Virus record (IMG/VR): IMGVR_UViG_3300033072_000723 | Coordinates: 6,259 to 70,258 of that record | Direction: 5' to 3' (one strand) | DNA length: 64,000 nucleotides | DNA from: a virus | Lineage: Duplodnaviria > Caudoviricetes | Shown: one piece after another, positions 18,148 through 28,403 of the stretch | Layout of the letters: each line of letters begins with the position of its first letter | How positions within the stretch are numbered: the stretch's first letter is position 1 | Notes under the pieces: generated by a model | What the model was told of the DNA's origin: nothing | What the model saw: only the letters and a program-made list of their open reading frames with translations | Databases searched by the model: none | Translations under genes and position numbers: made by a program

Positions 18148-18780
18148 ATGGCGGTTAACCAGACATACACCACGCTCAAGGCGGAGGTTGCGCGCTACCT
18201 GAAGCGCAGCCTGACCGAGCTTAGCGAGGACATCGATTACTGGATTGCCCAGGCGGAGCTGCGCGTTTCTCGCGAAGTCCGCCCGCGCGGCTACCAGCGA
18301 TACGCCACGTCTACGTTCACGCAGTCCGACCGCCTGATCGAAATCCCGAACAACCTGATCGGCGTGATCAGCTTCTTCGTGATCGACAGCGACAATGTGC
18401 GCACGCCGGTATTCCGTCGAGAGTACTCCTGGCTGAACGACTACTGGCCTGACTCCACGGATGAGGGGCTTCCGAAGTACTACGCCAATATCGACGGCGT
18501 GCGCTTTGCCGTGGCGCCAACGCCGGACGACGATTATCAGTATGAGCTTAGCTACTACGAGCGCCTGCAGCCGCTGGACACCGGCAACCAGACAAACTGG
18601 CTGACCGAGAACGCCTACGATCTGCTGCTGTTCGCGACGCTGCTGGAGACACCGTTGTTCCTGCGCGACGACGAGCGCACCCAGATGTGGCAGACCTATT
18701 ATGACCGCGCGGCTGCGAGCCTGACCGCCGTCGAGCAGGCGTTCCAGACCGATGACGCGACGATGGGGCGGGGGGCCTGA
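18148..18780 (+). CDS. Tail adaptor / tubular-A-like protein
   Basis: TYTTLKAEVARYL..IAQAELR..GLPKYY..VAPTPDDDY..NWLTENAYDLLLFATLLE. Confidence 0.7.
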   Translation: MAVNQTYTTLKAEVARYLKRSLTELSEDIDYWIAQAELRVSREVRPRGYQRYATSTFTQSDRLIEIPNNLIGVISFFVIDSDNVRTPVFRREYSWLNDYWPDSTDEGLPKYYANIDGVRFAVAPTPDDDYQYELSYYERLQPLDTGNQTNWLTENAYDLLLFATLLETPLFLRDDERTQMWQTYYDRAAASLTAVEQAFQTDDATMGRGA

Positions 18781-20696
18781 TGGGCGATCAATCCTACATC
18801 GACGTAGTCACCGGGCTGCCTGTTCCCGGGATCAACTACGGGTTCGATACGCTGACAAGCGTCAGCAACATCCAGCTTACGTCCACGATAAGCCGTGTGC
18901 TCGAAGTCGAGATCACGACCTCGGGCAAGTACCTGGCGATGCCCAATGCCCTGCCGCTCAACAACGGCATGCAGTGGTACATCAAGAACATCGGCAGCGA
19001 AGACTTCGACATCAAGGACTGGTCTGGTGCCGCGCTGATCGTGACGGCCCAGGCCGGCTTGACCTACGAGGTCTACTGCAAGGACGCCGAGACCAGTGCC
19101 GGCTCCTGGGGCGCCATGACGTTTGCCGGGGCTGGCGGCTCGGGTGGCGGCCTGACAAGCGTCGGACTCTCCGGGCCGTCCATTTTCGTCTACACGAATA
19201 ATCCGCTGGTCTCGAACGGCCTTATTGGAATTACCCTGTCCAGCCAGGTGTCCAATACCGTGCTCGCGGGGCCCGCCACTGGCGCGGCTGCTGCGCCGAC
19301 ATTCCGGACACTGAGCAACGCAGACCTGCCGGTCATGGTGGGCGATGCCGGTGCCGGCGGCGTCAAGGGCGCTGTGCCCGCCCCGGCGGCCGGCGACGCT
19401 GCGGCCAGCAAGTTCCTGTCTGCGGCCGGGACCTGGGCCACGCCGTCCGGCTCCGGCGCTCCGGCCAGCGCCACCTACGTGGTGATCTCGGGCGAGGCTT
19501 CGCTGATCGCCGAGCGCATCCTGGCGGTTGGTTCGGCGCTTAGTCTGACCGACAACGGTGCCGGCTCCAGCGTGACGATCGGCCTGGACGGCGACCTGGT
19601 CGCGGTAGCCGGACTGAACGGCCAGGGCCTGGCGACGCGTATCGCGGTGGACACCTGGACCACGCGCAGTATCCAGGTGTCCGGGTCGGCGTTGACGGTT
19701 GCAGATGCGACCGGCGTGTCCGGCAACCCGACGCTGGCCACGGCCGCCAACCTGGAATCGCTCGCGACTAACACCAGCACGGGGCTGCTGGCCCAGTCCG
19801 GCACGGTGATCATCTCGCGCAGCTTGACGGTTTCCGGCAGTGTAGCGTCCGGGGTGAACGCGGCTGGCTCCGGCGGCAACCCGACGCTGGTGTTCGACAC
19901 GGACCTGGACGCCATCGTGGCGCTTACCGCGTCTGGTATCGCGACGCGCCTGTCCGCAACGTCCTGGACAACTCGTGAGATTTCCACGGCGTCCACGTCG
20001 CGCATTACCGTCACCAACGGCAATGGTTTCTCGGGTAACCCGACGCTGGACCTCGCCGCCACGACGGTCACCTCTGGCACGTATTCGGCCGCCGACATCA
20101 CGGTGGATGCTTACGGGCGCGTCACCTACGCCATTGCCAACACCTCGCTCAGCTCGGCCATCGCGACGCTTAGCGGACAGGTTGGTGTTGTGCTGATTGG
20201 CACCTACACGTCCACGGGCGCGACGCTGGACATCACGGGGCTGACTGGTTCTTATGCGCAATATCAGTTGGTAATTACCAACTATCAGCCGTCGGTATCT
20301 GGGTCTGATTTGTGGCTGCGTTATAGTCAGGATAATGGGTCTACGTTTACAACCGCAAATTATCGTTACGCTCAGTCCGTTATTTCTGATGACTTGGCCG
20401 GCTCCCCGTCCGTGGCCACGTCTAATGCAGCGCCGTATATTCTGATTGCCAACAACCTAAGTGGGGACAGCAGTGCTGGGGTTCAGGGGATGATCACAAT
20501 CCCGAATCCGGCGGTGTCCGGCGTTTATAAGCGCATTAGCCTGACAATGGGATCAAGAGCCAGCACGGGTCAGTTCGTGGAGGCTGAAGGCGGCGGCTCT
20601 AACTTCGCCACCTCGGGCCAAGTCAATGCACTGCGATTGCTGGCCAGCACCGGCACCATGTCGTCCACGGTGAAGCTCTACGGATGGCGGGCATAA
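18780..20696 (+). CDS. Tail fibre protein
   Basis: G/S/T/A-rich, repeated GNPTL units, compositionally distinct C-terminal module. Confidence 0.7.
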   Translation: MGDQSYIDVVTGLPVPGINYGFDTLTSVSNIQLTSTISRVLEVEITTSGKYLAMPNALPLNNGMQWYIKNIGSEDFDIKDWSGAALIVTAQAGLTYEVYCKDAETSAGSWGAMTFAGAGGSGGGLTSVGLSGPSIFVYTNNPLVSNGLIGITLSSQVSNTVLAGPATGAAAAPTFRTLSNADLPVMVGDAGAGGVKGAVPAPAAGDAAASKFLSAAGTWATPSGSGAPASATYVVISGEASLIAERILAVGSALSLTDNGAGSSVTIGLDGDLVAVAGLNGQGLATRIAVDTWTTRSIQVSGSALTVADATGVSGNPTLATAANLESLATNTSTGLLAQSGTVIISRSLTVSGSVASGVNAAGSGGNPTLVFDTDLDAIVALTASGIATRLSATSWTTREISTASTSRITVTNGNGFSGNPTLDLAATTVTSGTYSAADITVDAYGRVTYAIANTSLSSAIATLSGQVGVVLIGTYTSTGATLDITGLTGSYAQYQLVITNYQPSVSGSDLWLRYSQDNGSTFTTANYRYAQSVISDDLAGSPSVATSNAAPYILIANNLSGDSSAGVQGMITIPNPAVSGVYKRISLTMGSRASTGQFVEAEGGGSNFATSGQVNALRLLASTGTMSSTVKLYGWRA

Positions 20697-21598
20697 TGGC
20701 GCGCATCGAACTTACGGCCGATCTCGTTGTCAACGTCCCGCGTCCGGGCGACCCAGGTGACGGCACGCCCGGCAATCCGTATCACATCCAGCCGGCGATC
20801 GATGACGTGTTCGCCAACTACGATCTGCGCGGCTTCAGCGTCACGTTTAAGCTGTTGGCCGGCATCAAAGACAGCGCGAACCCGTACATCTTTTATCGCG
20901 GCGTCCAGCTGTCTGGGCGCTTTGTGGGCCAGTCCGGTCAGGCTGTGCCATTACTCAACATGCCGGGTGAACCTCCGTTCACGATTGGCGCGCACGGTCC
21001 GGTCAAGATACTGGGCAGTTTGGACCCGACGCATCCGCACGGGGCGTTTATCTACCCGATGAGCGGGGAGGGCGCGGCGGTGTCGATCTCCGAGTGCGCG
21101 TCGCTCACGGTCTCGGGTGTCGGCATGGACACGTCCCGCACGCGCCAGGACTGCATCGATGTGTTCCATGGCTCCTTCCTGAACCTGGAGAACATCGTGT
21201 TCGGACATGCCGGTCCGCAGCCCGGTGGCTTTGCCAATCACATCACGCTTGGCATGGGATCGTGGCTCTACGTGTCTGGCAAGATCACGCTGTCTGGATC
21301 GGGCGATGCGTTCATGCATGTCGCCCAGAAATCTGTGGTTTACTGGAACAACAACGGCGACCCTGGCTACCAGATGCCGTTCGAGTTACAGGGTTCGCCG
21401 ACATTCCGCACGGCATTTGCGATCAGCAACGACGGTGAAATCTACGCCACGCAGATTGCGTTCTACGGCGCTGCGGCTGCCGGCCCGCGATACTTCTGCC
21501 TGCGCAATGGCTTCATCGAGACCAACACTGGCGGCAACCAGAACTATCTGCCGGGCAACCAGCCGGGATATGTCCAAAGCCAGGGGCAGTATCTCTAA
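20696..21598 (+). CDS. Tailspike-like / parallel beta-helix protein
   Basis: GDGTPGNPYHIQPAID start followed by short beta repeats; TAATG coupling. Confidence 0.5.
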   Translation: MARIELTADLVVNVPRPGDPGDGTPGNPYHIQPAIDDVFANYDLRGFSVTFKLLAGIKDSANPYIFYRGVQLSGRFVGQSGQAVPLLNMPGEPPFTIGAHGPVKILGSLDPTHPHGAFIYPMSGEGAAVSISECASLTVSGVGMDTSRTRQDCIDVFHGSFLNLENIVFGHAGPQPGGFANHITLGMGSWLYVSGKITLSGSGDAFMHVAQKSVVYWNNNGDPGYQMPFELQGSPTFRTAFAISNDGEIYATQIAFYGAAAAGPRYFCLRNGFIETNTGGNQNYLPGNQPGYVQSQGQYL

Positions 21599-23142
21599 TG
21601 GCCCGCACTAAGGAAACCTTCTCGCTGGTGCCGATGCCGATCGACAAGGTCGGCTATCAACGCGATGGCACGAACTTCGCGGCGGCTGGCGGGATTCTTT
21701 CCGGCAAGCATATGCGTTGGCATAACGGACGCTTCCAGAAGATGGGCGGCTACGAGCTGCTATCAAGCGGCCTGACTGCGCCCGTGCGCCAGATACAGGG
21801 CTACTGGGCACACACAGGCGGCGGCTACCTGCATCTCGGGTCGTCGTCTAAGCTGGAGCAGGTTTTCCTGAATCTGAACGGTGCGGTCAGCGCGCCAAAC
21901 GATCGAACGCCACTGTCGGGGTTTACATCCTCGTCCAATAACCAGTGGCAGTTCGGGGTAATGTATGACGCGGTCTCGACAGACGCGACCATCGTGGCGC
22001 AATGCACCGCCAATCTGGCCGATATCGGCGCGGGCGCTTTTTCGGATGTCTACTATGGTCCGGTCGATGCTGCGACGCCGCTGGTTCCGATCAGTGCGAC
22101 CACGCCGAACGTAGCGGTGGACGGCGGCATCGCGGTGTTCCAGCCGTATCTGTTTCTCTACGGATCGGATGGTTACGTGACGTGGTCGGCACCAAACAGC
22201 CTGACCGACTTCACGACGGCATCTGGCGGCGGTGGCATTCCCCCGGATGGAGCCCGCATCGCCGGATCGAAAATCCTGCGCGGCTACCAGGCGCGCGGCG
22301 CCCAGTCTGGGCCCACGGGTTACTTCTGGGCGATCGACGCGTTTGTCAGGGCCACATGGGTTGGCGGCACGGCTGTCTGGAATTTCCAGACGATCTCCGA
22401 CAAGACCAGCGTTCTTAGCACGTCGGCCATCGTTGAGGCCGACGGCCGGTTCTACTGGCCCGCTCTAGACCGCTTCGTGACATACGACGGCTCGCTGCGC
22501 GAGCTGCGCAACACCTACAATTTCGACTGGTTCTTCGACAACCTGAACATGACGTGGCGCCAGAAAGTCTGGGGCATCTTCGTGCCGAAGTTCGGGGAAA
22601 TCTGGTGGTTTTTCCCGTACTCCCCGGCGACGGAATGCACGCACGCGATCATCTACAACATCCGCGAGAACGCCTGGTACGACACGGAGCTTGCGCGCAC
22701 GGCCGGCTGGCAGAGCCGCGTTTTCTCCAAGCCGGTCATGACCGAAAACGCCACGTCGCCAGCGTATCTTTGGCGCCAGGAGACCGGCTACGACGCCGTG
22801 GCATCCGGCGTCAGCACAGCCATCGAAGCCGAATACGAGACCTATCCCATGAGCCTGTCGCGCTCAGAGGACAGCGGCGTGCAGTCGCACTTGATCTATT
22901 TGGACAGCGTCGAGCCCGACCTTATTCAGGTCGGCGACGTGACGATGACCATCGAGGGCGAGGAATACGCGCGCTCTGCGCCGGCCGTGTCCGACCCGTA
23001 TACCATCACCGACACGACCACGCGCGTGGATGTGCGCGAGCAGTTTCGCCACATGCGCATTCGCATGAACAGCAACACGGTCGGCGGCTTCATGGAGATG
23101 GGCCGCACGCTGTTGCGCATGCGTCCTGGAGACGGTCAATGA
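21598..23142 (+). CDS. Tail nozzle / DNA stabilization protein (P22 gp10 / tubular-B-like)
   Basis: 514 aa beta-propeller-like; WHNGRFQKMGG start, FGEIWWFFP, AIIYNIRENAWY. Confidence 0.7.
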   Translation: MARTKETFSLVPMPIDKVGYQRDGTNFAAAGGILSGKHMRWHNGRFQKMGGYELLSSGLTAPVRQIQGYWAHTGGGYLHLGSSSKLEQVFLNLNGAVSAPNDRTPLSGFTSSSNNQWQFGVMYDAVSTDATIVAQCTANLADIGAGAFSDVYYGPVDAATPLVPISATTPNVAVDGGIAVFQPYLFLYGSDGYVTWSAPNSLTDFTTASGGGGIPPDGARIAGSKILRGYQARGAQSGPTGYFWAIDAFVRATWVGGTAVWNFQTISDKTSVLSTSAIVEADGRFYWPALDRFVTYDGSLRELRNTYNFDWFFDNLNMTWRQKVWGIFVPKFGEIWWFFPYSPATECTHAIIYNIRENAWYDTELARTAGWQSRVFSKPVMTENATSPAYLWRQETGYDAVASGVSTAIEAEYETYPMSLSRSEDSGVQSHLIYLDSVEPDLIQVGDVTMTIEGEEYARSAPAVSDPYTITDTTTRVDVREQFRHMRIRMNSNTVGGFMEMGRTLLRMRPGDGQ

Positions 23143-23378
23143 GAAAGCTGCCGGTGCCGGCGCATCAGGAGCACGCGACCTTCGACGCGTGGGTGGACGC
23201 ACTGCTTCTCGCCGTGCCGGAAGCAGACGTGCCGTACCCGAACGGAGTTACCGAATGGAAAGCCTGGGCGCGGCAGATACCTCTGTGCGTGCCGTTCTCG
23301 GACTTCATGGTGCCCGGTGTCGAGCTTCAGAGCGACTGGCGCGAATGGGTTGATGACCTGCGGGCGGAGGTTGCGTGA
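23139..23378 (+). CDS. Hypothetical tail-module protein
   Basis: Coupled at both ends; W-rich 79 aa. Confidence 0.6.
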   Translation: MRKLPVPAHQEHATFDAWVDALLLAVPEADVPYPNGVTEWKAWARQIPLCVPFSDFMVPGVELQSDWREWVDDLRAEVA

Positions 23379-26300
23379 TGCGCAAGCGCAAGTACACGCG
23401 CGGCATCCCGAAGTTCGCCTATGGCGGCCAGGTCGGGGACGAAATCCTGGACTTTCAGCGCCAGTACAACCCGTTCCTGGGCGACTTGCCGACCTATGGC
23501 ATGGTGGGGTCGCAGCAGCCGGGCGCGTGGATGTTCTTCGACGATGCGTGGCTGCGGTCCGGTATTCCGCAGCCGCCACCCAGCGCGGTAGTCGCGCCGC
23601 CAAGTCCGCCGGTCATGGGCGATACCTACGAGGGCCCCGACGGCGGCGGCGCTGACCGCTACCAGGACGACTGGCGCGGCTACGGATACGGGGTAACGCC
23701 GACCGACTTCCTGGGCACGGCGGCCGACTACTCCAACCTCGAATCGTTTGCCGGCTACAACACGCCCGGAGAACGCGTGATCGACGGCCCAACGGCGCTG
23801 ATCGGGCAGGCGGCTGGATTTGGGCCGGTCGAGTTCGCCGACGAAGTCGGAATGATGGCTGATCGTGCGGCGGAAGAGCTTGCGCTTGGCGAGCGCGCGA
23901 TGACGCGGGCGCATGAGTTTGATGAGCCAGCCGCCCCCACGGGATACTCCCGCGCCGGCACCGGCACGCAGGAAATATCAGGCCGCGCATGGGCCGGGAA
24001 TCGAGACCGGGTAGACGAGTTCGGGCCGGGCTACGGCGTCTACAACGACCTGACGCCCGCGTCCAACACCGGCTACGCGCCGGCGGACGAGGACTACACG
24101 CCAGCCGCACCGTACTCGGAGCGTGGCCCTGTCCAGTTTGCCGCGCCGCTCGACTACACGGCGGACTATCTGACGGCCGAGGACCTGGGGAAGCTGAACG
24201 CCGAGCCGCCCGGCGTGTCGATATCGGTGGACCCGACGGCTGTCGGCCAGACCATTGGCCAGAACATGACCGGCGAGCAGATGTACGCCCTGTCCGAGCA
24301 GGTCCAGGGGATGCTCGGCGGCCAGATTTCCAAGGACGGGCTTTCCGGTGTGGCCGGATTTGCCGGCAGCCCGGTCGGGCAGGCCGGTGCCGCAGCGCTG
24401 AGCGGCCTGATGGGCAATGCCCCGGCGGTCGCCGCGCCGTTTGGCGAGCAGCCGACGCGTGGGTTCGAGAACAGGTCGGCGATGTCCGGTATGTCCGCGA
24501 TGGCCGGGAAGGGCTCGTCTGGCCCTGTCGGCATCGGCGGCCTTGCGGCCCCGGGCACCCCGGCAGGCGGTGCGCTTGCGTCGCTCAGCGAGCTATACGG
24601 CCTGTCGCAGGACCTTTCGTTCGGCGCGACGCCGGCCCAGCCGCAGGAGCCAACCAACGCCGTGGCGGGCCCCGCTACGCCCGGTGCGCCGGTTGGCATC
24701 TCCGCGCCGGCCATGGACCCGCTGGCCGGGCTGACCGACCAGCAGATCGAGGCGCTGGCGGCTGGCTATCACGACCAGGCCCCGGCCGTGGGCGTTGCGT
24801 CGCCCGTTGCCGGGTTCGAGACCGCCCTGGCAGCAGCGCAGGCGGCGGCAGAGCGAGCGTCCGAAGGCAAGGGCGGGAAAGCCGTGGGCGCGGGCAGCAG
24901 CGGCGGCGTTAACGCCGGTCGCGGCATGCCGGGCGCGGAGTATACGGGCTCGTCTGGAACGGTCGGCGACAAGCAGGGCCCGACCGGCGAAATGGGCGGC
25001 AACACCGGCGACAATAGCGGCAGCGGCCCGACCGGCAACGATACATTCGGCGGCACGGACAGCAGCGGCAACAATTCGGACGGCGGCAGCGGAACAGACG
25101 GCGGCATGGGCGACGACTCGGGTGCCAGCGGAACCAGTGGCGGCAGTGGAGACGAGGGCGGCATGGGCGCATGGAAGGCCGGCGGTCGCGTGAAATCCCG
25201 TGGCCTGCCGAGCATGGCGGACCAGGTGGCGCAGGCCGGGCGCGGCAACGACACGGTACTGGCGCACATCACGCCCGACGAAGCCGCGCGCCTGGACGCA
25301 GCCATGGGCGGCCCCAGCATCAACCCGGAGACGGGTCTGCGCGAGTACGGCTTCTTCGACGACATCGGCGACTTCCTGGGCGACGCGGCCAAGGCGGTCG
25401 CGCCGATCGCGGGCGGCGTCCTGGGCGGCATGTTCGGCGGCCCCCTTGGCGCGGCAGCCGGCGCGGCGCTGGGCACCACGCTGGTGGGCGGCAATCTCCA
25501 GGAGGCGCTGCTGTCCGGCGGCGTGGCAGGCATCGGGGCCTATGCCGCGCCCAAGATGGCCGGTGGCGCTGAGGGCCTGTTCGGCGGCGGCGACGAAGCC
25601 GCCACGCTGGGCGGAGGCGGCACCGATGCTGGCGTGGGCCAAGGATCGGGCGGCGGGTTCCTGTCCGGTATCATGGGCAACCCGCTGGCCATGGTCGGCC
25701 TGGGCGCGGCCGGCGGCTTGGGTGCCGGCTACATGATGGGCGACAACGACACGCCCAGTACGCCGGCGACACAAGCGCCCGCACCGTGGGTGCCGCGCCA
25801 AGGCGGCCTCGCGCAGCGCAACTACCGCCCCTACGAGGGCAACTACTCGACCTACGGCCAAGTGGGCGGCGGGGCCGGGCACCAGTTCTACGACCAGGTG
25901 AACCCGGGCGTCGTCTACTACGCCGAGGGCGGCAGTGTGGAAGCGCCGTCCAAGGAAAAAATGCGCGAGACCTTGGGCCGCGAATTGCTCAGCGGCAACG
26001 ACATGACCAGTCCTGTGAGCGTCCTGCAGATCGCGCAGATGGCCATGCCGCCGCGTCCCGCGCAGCAGCCCGGCTTGCCCGCGCCGCAGCTGCAGGAGCC
26101 GCAGCAGCTACAGCAACCGATGCCGCCGACGGGACAGGGCATGATGGGCCAGTGGCAGCAGCAGGTGATGCCGCCGTGGCTGATCGACCGCGACGACGCG
26201 GGGGACGGGCGGATTGCGAACTTGTTGTGGAAGCAGGCTGGCGGGGGCTACATCCGTGGGCCGGGCGACGGACAGGCGGACAAGATTCCCGCGATGCTTT

Positions 26301-26476
26301 CGGACGGCGAGTACGTGGTGGACGCAAGCAGCGTGGCCGCACTTGGCTCGGGGAGCAACGCGGCCGGTGCCGACAAGTTGGACCAGATGATCCAGAACAT
26401 TCGCGAACACAACCGCAGCAACGGCAAAGGGCTTCCGCCGCAGGCGAAGAACCCGTTGGATTATATGGGGCGATAG
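23378..26476 (+). CDS. Internal virion/ejection protein, possible polyprotein
   Basis: G/A/P-rich, four aromatic-x-x-GG motifs, LAHITPDEA..INPETGLREY block, glycine zipper, GPGDGQADKIPAMLSDGEYVV block. Confidence 0.65.
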   Translation: MRKRKYTRGIPKFAYGGQVGDEILDFQRQYNPFLGDLPTYGMVGSQQPGAWMFFDDAWLRSGIPQPPPSAVVAPPSPPVMGDTYEGPDGGGADRYQDDWRGYGYGVTPTDFLGTAADYSNLESFAGYNTPGERVIDGPTALIGQAAGFGPVEFADEVGMMADRAAEELALGERAMTRAHEFDEPAAPTGYSRAGTGTQEISGRAWAGNRDRVDEFGPGYGVYNDLTPASNTGYAPADEDYTPAAPYSERGPVQFAAPLDYTADYLTAEDLGKLNAEPPGVSISVDPTAVGQTIGQNMTGEQMYALSEQVQGMLGGQISKDGLSGVAGFAGSPVGQAGAAALSGLMGNAPAVAAPFGEQPTRGFENRSAMSGMSAMAGKGSSGPVGIGGLAAPGTPAGGALASLSELYGLSQDLSFGATPAQPQEPTNAVAGPATPGAPVGISAPAMDPLAGLTDQQIEALAAGYHDQAPAVGVASPVAGFETALAAAQAAAERASEGKGGKAVGAGSSGGVNAGRGMPGAEYTGSSGTVGDKQGPTGEMGGNTGDNSGSGPTGNDTFGGTDSSGNNSDGGSGTDGGMGDDSGASGTSGGSGDEGGMGAWKAGGRVKSRGLPSMADQVAQAGRGNDTVLAHITPDEAARLDAAMGGPSINPETGLREYGFFDDIGDFLGDAAKAVAPIAGGVLGGMFGGPLGAAAGAALGTTLVGGNLQEALLSGGVAGIGAYAAPKMAGGAEGLFGGGDEAATLGGGGTDAGVGQGSGGGFLSGIMGNPLAMVGLGAAGGLGAGYMMGDNDTPSTPATQAPAPWVPRQGGLAQRNYRPYEGNYSTYGQVGGGAGHQFYDQVNPGVVYYAEGGSVEAPSKEKMRETLGRELLSGNDMTSPVSVLQIAQMAMPPRPAQQPGLPAPQLQEPQQLQQPMPPTGQGMMGQWQQQVMPPWLIDRDDAGDGRIANLLWKQAGGGYIRGPGDGQADKIPAMLSDGEYVVDASSVAALGSGSNAAGADKLDQMIQNIREHNRSNGKGLPPQAKNPLDYMGR

Positions 26477-26986
26477 ATGGGATACCCGCATCGATTTAAG
26501 GTGATGCCGCCGAGCCGCGAAGATGTCGCGGCGTGGATGTGGCGCTCAGTAATGCCGGAGCCAAACAGCGGGTGTTGGCTGTGGGACGGGTCTGTCGCGC
26601 CGAACGGCTACGGGAAAATCGAAATGGTCGAAGGGCGCTGGTATGGCGCACATCGACTGTCCTACATCGCACACAAAGGCGATGTGCCTGATGGACTGGT
26701 GATCCACCACAAGTGCGAGAATCGAGTGTGTGTAAACCCCGATCACCTCGAAGCGGTAACGCAGGAATACAACGTGCTGACGGCCGATGCCGCCGCACGT
26801 CAGAACAAGGTGAAGACCCACTGCGTTCGCGGGCACGAACTCGCGGGGGAAAATTTGGACCGCGTGACGCATCTCGCGACTAACGGCAAAAACCGCAGGT
26901 GTCGTCTGTGCATCAATCTGCGCGCGTCTGAATACAGAAGCCGTAAAGCAGCGCTGGCCTGTGATGCGCCAGTGAAGGAGCCGTAA
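26477..26986 (+). CDS. HNH homing endonuclease
   Basis: CWLWDG..GYGKI..AHRLSY..HHKCENRVCVNPDHLEAVT; C-terminal THCVRGHEL; sits between two ejection genes. Confidence 0.88.
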   Translation: MGYPHRFKVMPPSREDVAAWMWRSVMPEPNSGCWLWDGSVAPNGYGKIEMVEGRWYGAHRLSYIAHKGDVPDGLVIHHKCENRVCVNPDHLEAVTQEYNVLTADAAARQNKVKTHCVRGHELAGENLDRVTHLATNGKNRRCRLCINLRASEYRSRKAALACDAPVKEP

Positions 26987-26987
26987 C

Positions 26988-28394
26988 ATGGCGGATACAA
27001 CTACAGCCTCGACTATCACAAACGAGGTCCCCCCGTGGTACCGTGGCTACTTGGAAGAGGCGATGGCCCGCGCTCGCGGCGTCGCCAACCAACAATACCA
27101 ACCCTACACGGGCGCGCGTATCCAGCCGTTCACGACGGACCAGCTTTCGTCGTTCGACACGGTGCGCTCGTCGCAGGGCGCGTGGAACCCGTATGCGCAG
27201 ACCGCGTCCAGTCAGCTTGGCGCAGCGGCAGGCTTGCCCAGCGCGTTTAGCTCGGTCGATCCGTACTACCAGAACGCGTTCGGCATCGCCGGCCAGGATA
27301 CCGTCGGCGGCTACCTGGGTGCCGGCACTGGCGACATCAACCAGGCCACGGGCATCTCGGGCCTGGGCACCGCGCAGCCGTACATGAATGCGGCGGGGCA
27401 GACGTTCCCGCAGTCCGTTGGCGACTACATGTCGCCATATACCGATCGCGTACTCGACACGATCGCGTCGCGTGGTGCGCGCAACCTGTCCGAAAACCTC
27501 CTGCCCGCAGTCGGCGACACGTTCATGGGCCACGGCCAGTTCGGTTCGGAGCGCCACCGCGACTTCGCCAACCGCGCGGTTCGGGACGCGCAGGAAAGCA
27601 TTCTGGACCAGCAGGCGCGGTCGCTGGAAAGCGGCTACGCCACGGCGGGCAACCTGTTCAACCAGGACGCCAGCCGCGCTGCTGGCCTTGCGCAGACTGC
27701 CGGAGGGCTGGCCGGTGCGGACGCTTCGAGGCTCCTTGGGGCTTCGCAGGCGCGCACCGGCCTCGCCAACACGGCGCTGAGCCAGACCGGACAGGGCATC
27801 AACACGATGCTCGGCCTGGGCCAGGGGTACATGGGCGCGCAGGGCCAGGGCTTCAATCAGCTCACCGGGCTGGCGGGGCAGAACTTCCAGCTGGGCCAGG
27901 GCATCCAGGGCCTGGGCTATACCGACGCGGCGGCGCTGGGCGCGATCGGCCAGCAGCAGCAGCAGCTCGGCCAGCAGTCGCTCAACACCGCGTACCAGGA
28001 CTTCCTGGAGCAGCGCGCGTACCCGATGGACATGACCAGCTACTTCTCGAACATCGTGCGCGGCTACAACCCGGGCTCGAACCAGACGACGCAGGCGACG
28101 ACCACGAGCCCCGACCCGTCCACGATTTCCCAGATCGCCGGCCTGGGCACCGGCTTGCTGGGCGTAGCTGGTGCGACTGGCCTGTTCCGTGCGAAGGGCG
28201 GCCGTGTTAAGAGGGGTCTGGTCGAGGGCTCGCGCACCGAACAGGCGATGGATCGTCGCGCTGCCCGCAGTGCCGGCCTGCCTATGTCCCGCTACGAGGG
28301 CTCGGCAGCCGACATGCGCCAAGACCGACGCGACCGGGTTCGCCCGCGACGCGGCTTCCCCGCAGCAGCCATGGCCACAACGGCGCTTGGCTAG
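26988..28394 (+). CDS. DNA ejection/pilot protein
   Basis: Q/G/A-rich; QQYQPYTGARI, DYMSPYTDRV, AYQDFLEQRAYP; C-terminal FRAKGGRV. Confidence 0.7.
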   Translation: MADTTTASTITNEVPPWYRGYLEEAMARARGVANQQYQPYTGARIQPFTTDQLSSFDTVRSSQGAWNPYAQTASSQLGAAAGLPSAFSSVDPYYQNAFGIAGQDTVGGYLGAGTGDINQATGISGLGTAQPYMNAAGQTFPQSVGDYMSPYTDRVLDTIASRGARNLSENLLPAVGDTFMGHGQFGSERHRDFANRAVRDAQESILDQQARSLESGYATAGNLFNQDASRAAGLAQTAGGLAGADASRLLGASQARTGLANTALSQTGQGINTMLGLGQGYMGAQGQGFNQLTGLAGQNFQLGQGIQGLGYTDAAALGAIGQQQQQLGQQSLNTAYQDFLEQRAYPMDMTSYFSNIVRGYNPGSNQTTQATTTSPDPSTISQIAGLGTGLLGVAGATGLFRAKGGRVKRGLVEGSRTEQAMDRRAARSAGLPMSRYEGSAADMRQDRRDRVRPRRGFPAAAMATTALG

Positions 28395-28403
28395 GAGGTC
28401 GCG

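Noticed and set aside
10316-21598. Diversity-generating retroelement or invertible fibre switch
   Set aside because: No reverse transcriptase, template/variable repeat pair differing at A, recombinase or flanking inverted sites visible
23378-26476. Tape measure protein
   Set aside because: Shares the GPG..D.IPAMLSDGEYV block, but there is no tail tube, sheath or chaperone frameshift gene, and the context is nozzle plus ejection genes
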